Below are positions 57,300-64,000 of a stretch of 64,000 nucleotides of DNA, piece by piece; position 1 is the stretch's first letter; the number at the start of each line of letters is the position of its first letter. The DNA comes from a virus. The stretch is from the IMG/VR virus record IMGVR_UViG_3300020433_000002, positions 20,506 through 84,505 of that record, one strand, 5' to 3'. Made by a program: the position numbers and the translations under genes. The notes under the pieces are model-generated. The model was not told the DNA's origin and did not search any database. It saw only the letters and a program-made list of their open reading frames with translations.

Positions 57300-58823
57300 A
57301 TGGAAAATGTAAGGAACATCACTATAGTTGGTGGTGGTACGGCTGGTTGGATGACTGCTACATGGTTAGTCAGAAGAGCAGCCGCTTTTCATCATTCTCA
57401 TGTAACTTTAATTGATAAGGAAGTACCTGAGAGAATAGGAGTAGGAGAAGCAAATCTTTTAAACTTCAATAAGTTTATGCAATATTGTGGTTTTAATGAT
57501 CCTACTGAGTGGATGGAGGAAGTGGATGCTACTTATAAGGGTGGTATCATATATCCTAATTGGGGTAAAGATGGTAAGACAATCTATCATCCATTTGGTC
57601 AGTTTCACTTTAGTACTACTGCACCTGATGGAACAGAATTTACAATACCATTTGGTGATGTTTTACAAACAAATACTGATATAGATTATCCGTCATCATT
57701 AACTTTCTTTCCGTCTTTAATTAAGAATAAAGTAGAGATAGATGATCTAGCAGGGTATTCTGAGCAATTAGATTGTGGTAAGTATGTTGAGTTCTTGATA
57801 AGACATATTAAGGGGTCAGATGGATTTACATACATTAATTCTACTGTTGAAAATATAAATTGGGATGGAGATAGTATAGCATCACTAGACTTGGCTGATG
57901 GTACTAACAATAAAGCAGATATATTCATTGACTGTACTGGATTTAAGAGACTGTTATCAGATAAAAGAGAGATCATTGATTATAGTGATAGATTATTTGT
58001 AAATACTGCTGTTGCTACTAGAGTACAGTATGTTGATAGAGAGAAGGAGTTACATCCATACACTACTGCTACTGCTACTGATCATGGATGGATATGGGAA
58101 ACACCATTAACTACTAGAATAGGATCAGGGTTAATATTTAATAGAAATATTACTGATATTGAGGATGCTAAGGAATATTTTGTTAAGCATTGGGATGATA
58201 GAATTAAGAAGGAAGATGTAAGAGCCATAAATTGGGATCCTAATAGAATTAAAGAGTTTTGGAAGGGTAATGTAATAAACATAGGTTTATCTGGTGGATT
58301 CATTGAACCACTAGAAAGTACAGGAATTGGATTTATTATTAATGGAATAGAACTACTAGAAGATTGTTTGATAGGTGGGTGTTATGATTACATGGACATG
58401 AACCAATATAATTTAAAGATGGTAAATGACTATGAAAGTGCTGTTGATTTTATTAGTATGCACTATGACTTCTCACATATTCAGAGTCCATTTTGGGATT
58501 ATGTAAGAAAGACTTTTAAGAAATCTGGATTCCAGAAAATGATGGAGAGTTCTATTAGAAACCCTGATTATCCAACATATAAAGTATTGAGACATGGATT
58601 TTTTGGTGGTCATAACTGGTCAATCTGGTTACATCAATTAATGGATGATGTTCCAAGTAAGACATACTTTGATAATAGAAAATGGCGAGGAGAATTAGTT
58701 GCAAGACTACATGATATGAAAAGGAGAGCAAGTAAAGCCTTACCACACCTTGAAGCACTAGAATATAAACCAACACTTGAGGAGAGAATGGTAGGTACTA
58801 AACCAAGATGGATGGACATTTAA
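57300..58823 (+). CDS. Flavin-dependent halogenase (PrnA-like)
   Basis: IVGGGTAGW, IGVGEA, ATYKGGI (catalytic Lys position), IDCTGF, GWIWETP, GFIEPLESTG. Confidence 0.9.
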   Translation: MENVRNITIVGGGTAGWMTATWLVRRAAAFHHSHVTLIDKEVPERIGVGEANLLNFNKFMQYCGFNDPTEWMEEVDATYKGGIIYPNWGKDGKTIYHPFGQFHFSTTAPDGTEFTIPFGDVLQTNTDIDYPSSLTFFPSLIKNKVEIDDLAGYSEQLDCGKYVEFLIRHIKGSDGFTYINSTVENINWDGDSIASLDLADGTNNKADIFIDCTGFKRLLSDKREIIDYSDRLFVNTAVATRVQYVDREKELHPYTTATATDHGWIWETPLTTRIGSGLIFNRNITDIEDAKEYFVKHWDDRIKKEDVRAINWDPNRIKEFWKGNVINIGLSGGFIEPLESTGIGFIINGIELLEDCLIGGCYDYMDMNQYNLKMVNDYESAVDFISMHYDFSHIQSPFWDYVRKTFKKSGFQKMMESSIRNPDYPTYKVLRHGFFGGHNWSIWLHQLMDDVPSKTYFDNRKWRGELVARLHDMKRRASKALPHLEALEYKPTLEERMVGTKPRWMDI

Positions 58824-58862
58824 AATAATATCTGTTATAATACAATTAAACACCATACCACT

Positions 58863-59834
58863 ATGATCGAGATAAAGCAACAGCCTGCTGAGAAAATAAA
58901 GGATATAGAGCAAGATTTTGATTTAGTTTACATGGATCCACCTTTCGGATTACAACGTGACTTCACTATGGTCGAGAAGGATGGAGAGAAGAAGGGATTT
59001 TCTGATAAATGGGATTCATTTGATGATTATATTATATGGTATGCTAATATTGTACACTCAGCATGGTATAAGTTAAAAAAGAACGGATGGATGTATTTAC
59101 ATAATAATTTTATTGGTAATGCTCTATTATTATCTAAAGTAATACCTGAGATACGTGATAGTTTCTATACAAATATATCATGGAAGAGATCAGGGCCGAA
59201 GAATAATATAAAGAATGGATGGGGTAATATTGTAGATTCTATCATGGTTCTTAAGAAAGGCAACCCATATTTTGAGGTTGAATATGGATCACTAGATCCA
59301 GTATATGAAGCAAATAGTTTCAAGAATAAGGATGAAGTTGGTTACTATGCACTAGCAAAAGTTACAGGAGAGAAGAGTAGGCCGTGTGCTAAGTATGAGT
59401 ATAAAGGTTATAATCCTGAGTATGGATTTAGAATAGCACAAGAGAAACTCAAAGCACTTGATGATCAGAACTTACTACATTATGGTAAGAATATGTTATA
59501 CAAAAAGATATACTCTCATGAGTCTAAGGGAGTTCCAGTTCAGAATTTCTGGGATGATGTGTATTTTATATCGAGGAGTGAGAAGAACAAGAGAAAGTAT
59601 CCTACTCAAAAACCAATAAAATTATTAGAGAGAATAATCAAATCAAGTTGCCCTGAGAAGGGATGGGTATTGGATCCTTTTTGTGGATCAGGAACAACTG
59701 CTATTGCATCATTCAATCTAAATAGAAATTGTATCACAACTGACGTGAATCCTGACGCAATTAAGATGACTGATGTGGCACTAAAAGAACTGGCACAAGA
59801 GAAGTTGAATCCTTTAGTTGACGTGTTATATTAA
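58863..59834 (+). CDS. DNA methyltransferase, beta class (DPPF, probably N6-adenine)
   Basis: YMDPPF, YPTQKP..LLERII, LDPFCGSGTT. Confidence 0.9.
   Translation: MIEIKQQPAEKIKDIEQDFDLVYMDPPFGLQRDFTMVEKDGEKKGFSDKWDSFDDYIIWYANIVHSAWYKLKKNGWMYLHNNFIGNALLLSKVIPEIRDSFYTNISWKRSGPKNNIKNGWGNIVDSIMVLKKGNPYFEVEYGSLDPVYEANSFKNKDEVGYYALAKVTGEKSRPCAKYEYKGYNPEYGFRIAQEKLKALDDQNLLHYGKNMLYKKIYSHESKGVPVQNFWDDVYFISRSEKNKRKYPTQKPIKLLERIIKSSCPEKGWVLDPFCGSGTTAIASFNLNRNCITTDVNPDAIKMTDVALKELAQEKLNPLVDVLY
59777..59832 (+). promoter_or_regulatory. Promoter cassette copy C (inside the MTase 3' end)
   Basis: GGCACTaaaagAACTGGCACA-N29-TATATT. Confidence 0.55.
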
Positions 59835-59926
59835 TAGTAGGGAAACAAAAGGGCAACCCTCGACAGAACATTCCTTATGGATCTAGTTCAACCGAGAACC
59901 CTTTTTGTTTCTCGCACCCTATTATT
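59833..59926 (+). ncRNA. Candidate structured 5' leader RNA
   Basis: Nested helices: AATAGTAGGG/CCCTATTATT, GAAACAAAAGGG/CCCTTTTTGTTTC, CTCG/CGAG, GAAC/GTTC, TCC/GGA. Confidence 0.5.
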
Positions 59927-59936
59927 GGAGCATTAA

Positions 59937-60392
59937 ATGTCAACCAGATCAAGAATCGGAATTTTACAAGATGACTTATCAGTTAAGTCTGTTTATCATC
60001 ATTGGGATGGATACCCTGAGTGGTTAGGAGTAACTCTTGAGCAACAGTACAATACAAGAGAGAAAGTTGCTGAGTTGATTGATGGTGGTAATATGAGTTC
60101 ATGTTGGTCAGATAATAAATTTGATGTTGAAACAAAAGAGTTCATTAAAATTGATGACCCAAAACCTAGTTACTATGGTGGGGATGATGAGAGGCCACAT
60201 CACAATAAATCAATCGAGGACTTTCTACAGGATGCAAATATGTCTGAAGAGTTTCTTTATCTCTTTACCAATAATGAGTTTGGTTGGAGTGCATGGTCAG
60301 TAACACCTAAGTATGATAAAGAATGGAATGTTCTTGATACTGATACTACCAGAGTTGAGATCCCTGCATGGGATGTAGCAGACGATAGTTAA
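59937..60392 (+). CDS. Conserved phage hypothetical protein
   Basis: MSTRSRIG...VYHHWDGYP.WLG; GGAG RBS. Confidence 0.75.
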   Translation: MSTRSRIGILQDDLSVKSVYHHWDGYPEWLGVTLEQQYNTREKVAELIDGGNMSSCWSDNKFDVETKEFIKIDDPKPSYYGGDDERPHHNKSIEDFLQDANMSEEFLYLFTNNEFGWSAWSVTPKYDKEWNVLDTDTTRVEIPAWDVADDS

Positions 60393-60436
60393 ACTGTCAC
60401 ATCCGATATTGTATCATGATGTAAAACTGCTATAAT
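60381..60436 (+). promoter_or_regulatory. Promoter cassette copy D
   Basis: GACgatAGTTAAACTGTCACA-N29-TATAAT. Confidence 0.65.
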
Positions 60437-60606
60437 AAATGTGTAAGGCAAGGATCTATGGTTGTCTCTGTTCAGCAGAGAAATTACGTCCTGTAAGTCC
60501 TTTAGGGGTGTACTGTGGTAGTTCTAGAGAAATTACTTAATGAGTGGTTCAAATCATTTGCGTACCAAACCACCGCCCTTTTTTTGTAAACCTGACTATT
60601 TTTCTA

Positions 60607-60720
60607 ATGTCTAAAACTTTCGCTGAGTTCCTACTTGATAACGCATCTACAGGTAATGAGATTCTCTCAGTTCTCGATGATATTGTAGAGGTAACTGAAA
60701 CAGGAGGAACCGATCTATAG
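60607..60720 (+). CDS. Small peptide (37 aa)
   Basis: MSKTFAEFLLDNASTGNEILSVLDDIV...; not in track. Confidence 0.5.
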   Translation: MSKTFAEFLLDNASTGNEILSVLDDIVEVTETGGTDL

Positions 60721-60776
60721 GCCAATTAAATAAGTGGAACACGACCCCTACACAGGGGTCTTTTTTCCTCTATAAT
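60721..60776 (+). promoter_or_regulatory. Promoter cassette copy E with terminator-like hairpin
   Basis: GCCAATTaaatAAGTGGAACA, GACCCCT/AGGGGTC + T run, TATAAT at 60771. Confidence 0.65.
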
Positions 60777-60806
60777 AAGTACATAACAAACACAAAGAGT
60801 AACTCA

Positions 60807-61319
60807 ATGACTACTTCAATTCACAGTTTTATCAAGGACAAGAAAAAGCCAGACTATAGAGATACACTAACTACAACCAGACTATTTGTTAAAGACTACA
60901 CAACTCAGTATGCAGATGCAATTACTGAGAATTACAAGAGAAATCACATAAGACAATTAAAATACAACTCATTACGTTATAGTAATGGTGGAGACAAATC
61001 TTTATCTGACTACGCTAATCAACAACTCAAAGAGATTGAAGATGGAACTGCTAAACTAATGAGATTCAAGATTTATGAAGGTAGGAAATACTATAAGATA
61101 GTTCAGCAAGACTATGATACTTTTCAAAATAGGAATGAGTATCGTGATGGTTCAGTTCATTGTTTTGTTGATAAGAAAACAGGGGATGTTTACAAGGCTG
61201 CATCATGGAATAAACCTGCAAAGCACGTTAGATATACATTCCAAGATTCTAAGCAATTAAAATTTTTACTTGACCCTAACAATGTGGGTTGGGCTGGTGG
61301 TTACCTTTACATGAGATAG
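60807..61319 (+). CDS. Conserved early hypothetical protein
   Basis: GRKYYKI...GSVHCFVDKKTGDVYKAASW.KPAK.VRY...W.GGYLY. Confidence 0.75.
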   Translation: MTTSIHSFIKDKKKPDYRDTLTTTRLFVKDYTTQYADAITENYKRNHIRQLKYNSLRYSNGGDKSLSDYANQQLKEIEDGTAKLMRFKIYEGRKYYKIVQQDYDTFQNRNEYRDGSVHCFVDKKTGDVYKAASWNKPAKHVRYTFQDSKQLKFLLDPNNVGWAGGYLYMR

Positions 61320-61323
61320 TATT

Positions 61324-61524
61324 ATGAAAAAATTCATTATTGAAGAAAGTTTCGTATCTTATGCAGATATTGAAATCTATGCAGAGAACAAAGACGAAGC
61401 ACTTGCAAAGTATCACAGAGGAGATTATCCGATGGATAATTATTCCATATCAGACTACAAAGAGGACTACACACTTCTTGCAATTACCGCAGAAGGAGAA
61501 AATCAACCATTGGAGACATTTTAA
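61324..61524 (+). CDS. Small acidic hypothetical protein
   Basis: EIYAENKDEALAK pattern. Confidence 0.6.
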   Translation: MKKFIIEESFVSYADIEIYAENKDEALAKYHRGDYPMDNYSISDYKEDYTLLAITAEGENQPLETF

Positions 61525-61682
61525 TGGAATTAAACAATGAACAGTTAGAGTTCCTTAAGTTTATTGTACAGGACTTTGAGTACAATGATGATAATGAAAG
61601 GAATATGATTGAGCAGATAGAGAATAAAATCTATCAAGCACAAGAGAATCAAGCACTTAAACTACTTACAGGATTAACCTAA
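61524..61682 (+). CDS. Small hypothetical protein
   Basis: MELNNEQLEFLKFIVQDF...; TAATG-coupled; not in track. Confidence 0.55.
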   Translation: MELNNEQLEFLKFIVQDFEYNDDNERNMIEQIENKIYQAQENQALKLLTGLT

Positions 61683-61827
61683 TGCAACACATTTTTATGC
61701 TAACACCTGACCAGATTACAGTAGTCAGGAGAAGTCTAAAGGCATCACTCAAGTATGCTGACTCAGAATATATCGAAGAAGTGGATAAGATTTTAAAAGT
61801 ATTCAGAAATTTTTCAGATTAATTATT

Positions 61828-62073
61828 ATGAAACACACAATAGAACTTGACGATCTTGAACTTACAGCACTCATGACTCACTTACAGGGTCAAAGTGAGA
61901 TTATGGTTGATTCACGATTAAATTGTAGTAATCCAAATGAAGTACCAGATAGAGAAGAGGTGCTATTAAACTTAGTATATGCAAAGACATTCCAATTGGC
62001 TTGGGATGCTGACCAGAACCCTAACACAGATTACAACATAATCGAAAATCAAGACAGAATATACAAATACTAG
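61828..62073 (+). CDS. Hypothetical protein
   Basis: ORF track; part of the early gene run. Confidence 0.6.
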   Translation: MKHTIELDDLELTALMTHLQGQSEIMVDSRLNCSNPNEVPDREEVLLNLVYAKTFQLAWDADQNPNTDYNIIENQDRIYKY

Positions 62074-62129
62074 GACACTTTAATTAGTGTCACATCATCC
62101 CTACCATTTCACTTGGTAGGGGTTATAAT
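62074..62129 (+). promoter_or_regulatory. Promoter cassette copy F
   Basis: GACACTttaattAGTGTCACA dyad, CCCTACCA/TGGTAGGG hairpin, TATAAT at 62124. Confidence 0.7.
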
Positions 62130-62152
62130 TAATATATCTACAGAGTTATTAC

Positions 62153-62437
62153 ATGGCTGCAACACTTACACCTGACCAACTCACAGAACTTAAGAAAGAG
62201 TTTATTGAGTTTAAACTCAATGAAATGTCATATGAAGATATGGCTTGCTACATTCGTGATATATGGATGATGGATGGTGCATTGAATGACCCATACGAAC
62301 TTAAGTTTGAGATTGATTCTTATGATGATTTCTTGTATGAGATCTTAGTTCCCTATGTTAAGGATGAAGAGGGAAGTTATGAAACTATGCAAGAGTTCAT
62401 ACATGATAGACACGCAAACGATTGGATTGACTCATGA
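62153..62437 (+). CDS. Small acidic hypothetical protein
   Basis: LT.DQ..EL...FIE....MS..D; resembles ORF 63433. Confidence 0.65.
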   Translation: MAATLTPDQLTELKKEFIEFKLNEMSYEDMACYIRDIWMMDGALNDPYELKFEIDSYDDFLYEILVPYVKDEEGSYETMQEFIHDRHANDWIDS

Positions 62438-62628
62438 ACGAATTACTACTACCACCTGATACACCTCTAATGAAAGAAGAGGGATTATGGGAACTATGCA
62501 CAGATAGAGCATATCAAATGATGGCCAACCGAAGAGATCTTGATGAAGATGTATATTATGATCAAATCAAGTACTGGACAGTTAAAATCTATCAAGCAAA
62601 CTTACATTTACAGGACACAATCTCATGA
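62434..62628 (+). CDS. Hypothetical protein
   Basis: ATGA-coupled. Confidence 0.55.
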   Translation: MNELLLPPDTPLMKEEGLWELCTDRAYQMMANRRDLDEDVYYDQIKYWTVKIYQANLHLQDTIS

Positions 62629-62831
62629 GCATACCAACAGCAAAAGACAATTATACTGATAAAATCAAAGAATACCTCTCAGAGGAAATAGCTGAAGCAA
62701 ACGAAATAATTGCAGAATATACATCTGACCAAAGACCTAAGAGTGATGATGGTTCTGACGATTTTATTGAAGGCAATCGTAATTTAGCACAAAGACTACT
62801 ACTAAAAATTGAAGAATGGGAGAAAATCTAA
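62625..62831 (+). CDS. Hypothetical protein
   Basis: ATGA-coupled. Confidence 0.55.
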   Translation: MSIPTAKDNYTDKIKEYLSEEIAEANEIIAEYTSDQRPKSDDGSDDFIEGNRNLAQRLLLKIEEWEKI

Positions 62832-63058
62832 TGACTTATCAAAAACCAAAACAACTGCATGAGTTCTACGTTACACGTAAATGCACCAAAATGGAATACT
62901 TTACTGTTAGAGCAGAAAGTATGGAAGAGGCCAAGTATGAAGCAGAGAACGGATGGGATTATTATGATTTTAATTGGGAAGAATTTGACTATGAGACTGT
63001 AGACATTATAGAACAAGAAATACCAGAACAACAACTTACATTATCAGGAGTACTCTAA
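62831..63058 (+). CDS. Small acidic hypothetical protein
   Basis: TVRAESMEEAK pattern as in ORF 61324; TAATG-coupled. Confidence 0.55.
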   Translation: MTYQKPKQLHEFYVTRKCTKMEYFTVRAESMEEAKYEAENGWDYYDFNWEEFDYETVDIIEQEIPEQQLTLSGVL

Positions 63059-63258
63059 TGACTAACAACATACAAGAAAGTGTAGAATTAATGGGTGAAT
63101 ACTACGTTGAGAGATTCAAGACCCTATTAGAGGGAGAAATGTTGAATTTACAGATAAAAAGACATAGGGATGCACAAAGTATTATGAGTGAATACCTATG
63201 TGGTGGAGTAGAGGATGATGACTACCAATGGTTATACTTACAAAAGATAGAGGCTTAA
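63058..63258 (+). CDS. Hypothetical protein
   Basis: TAATG-coupled. Confidence 0.55.
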   Translation: MTNNIQESVELMGEYYVERFKTLLEGEMLNLQIKRHRDAQSIMSEYLCGGVEDDDYQWLYLQKIEA

Positions 63259-63432
63259 ACTAATGGGTAAATTAAAAGAGAGAGAAGCCAAGTTGTATAA
63301 ATGTTGTTGTGACCTTATGGAAGAGGACAATAACAACATATATGATATAATGGATGTAATCTTTAACAATCTAACCATATCACAATTAGATGAGATTGAA
63401 GATACACTTGTAAAATTTTACGGATTAATCAA

Positions 63433-63723
63433 ATGACTAAACTAACTCAGCAACAACGTGATGACCTTATCACTCAGTATATTGAAATTGTAGTAGATAG
63501 TATGAGTGTAGATGAACTTGTGAATTTAGGTATGAATAAATTACAGGAAGAGTTCAATTCTTATGACTTAGATGAACTAAAGAGTAAGATAGGTCAGTAT
63601 GACCCTGAGTTGTTTGATGAGTTAGTTGATAATGTACTGTATATTGATTCAAAACGCAAGCCCTTTGAACCAGTTGAAGAAGTGGCCACTGTACACAGAC
63701 GTACGGACTTAGATCGTTTATAA
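63433..63723 (+). CDS. Small acidic hypothetical protein
   Basis: LTQQQRDDLITQYIEIVVDSMSVDEL; 3' end runs into cassette G. Confidence 0.6.
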   Translation: MTKLTQQQRDDLITQYIEIVVDSMSVDELVNLGMNKLQEEFNSYDLDELKSKIGQYDPELFDELVDNVLYIDSKRKPFEPVEEVATVHRRTDLDRL

Positions 63724-63724
63724 T
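63669..63724 (+). promoter_or_regulatory. Promoter cassette copy G
   Basis: ACCAGTTgaagAAGTGGCCAC-N29-TATAAT-aagtacat. Confidence 0.65.
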
Positions 63725-63749
63725 AAGTACATACACAAAGAGGTCATTC

Positions 63750-64000
63750 ATGAACGGATTAGGCAAATCAAACACCGAACTTAACGATATGCTCACTAAC
63801 TTTGTTGAGTATGTAGATTCATTCTATGGTCAGAATGATCCACTCTATCCTATGATGTCTCAAGAGACTAAACAACCTCTTACAAAGTATGATATTTACA
63901 GGGCAACACAAAACTATCTTGCCATGTGTAGTGATGAGAATGAAAAACTTTGCACATGGGGTGATGGTGACTCTCTTGATAGAGAAAGAGTAAGAGACAT
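63750..64000 (+). CDS. Hypothetical protein (3'-truncated)
   Basis: GAGG RBS; MNGLGKSN...FVEYVDSFYG..DPLYP...WGDGDSLDRERVRD, open to the window end. Confidence 0.6.
   Translation, partial: MNGLGKSNTELNDMLTNFVEYVDSFYGQNDPLYPMMSQETKQPLTKYDIYRATQNYLAMCSDENEKLCTWGDGDSLDRERVRD

Noticed and set aside
60411-60424. Third NtcA-like site GTAtcatgatgTAA
   Set aside because: Right half-site mismatched; better explained as the -35-like part of cassette D.
60506-60568. tRNA gene
   Set aside because: T-arm-like loop and ACCA are present, but no proper acceptor stem, D-arm or anticodon arm; kept only as a candidate structured RNA.
1126-63796. Many short antisense or nested alternative-frame ORFs in the track
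   Set aside because: Nested in or opposite to well supported genes, without RBS or motifs; expected shadows of biased codon usage.

Overview
AT-rich 64 kb segment of a T4-like cyanomyophage, probably a P-SSM2-like phage of Prochlorococcus or marine Synechococcus. This assignment rests on gene content, order and TATAAATA late promoters. Order: modular tail-fibre/virion genes (1-10.6 kb); a sulfotransferase-glycosyltransferase-carbamoyltransferase block; the core nrdC-thyX-phoH-exonuclease-gp33-gp59-gp32 module; baseplate/tail genes (gp53, gp48, gp2, gp4, tail-tube-like, gp26/gp51, tape-measure-like, gp5-like); long fibres with an S74 chaperone domain and a Gly-rich adhesin; an island of 2OG-Fe(II) oxygenases and flavin-dependent halogenases; and an early region with helicase, DenV-like glycosylase, two DNA methyltransferases, CP12 and many small ORFs. 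Main signals not shown by the ORF track: (1) a nitrogen-sensing cassette of NtcA box, sigma70 promoter, tandem glutamine-riboswitch-like aptamers and a 47-aa YRG (DUF4278-like) peptide, plus a second NtcA box before a Cys4 peptide; (2) a complete -1 ribosomal frameshift signal joining gp26 to gp51 ahead of a tape-measure-like gene; (3) apparent window-wide avoidance of GGWCC; (4) seven copies of a dyad + 28-30 nt + -10 promoter cassette; (5) two unexplained structured 5' leaders. All assignments were made by eye; no database searches were run.
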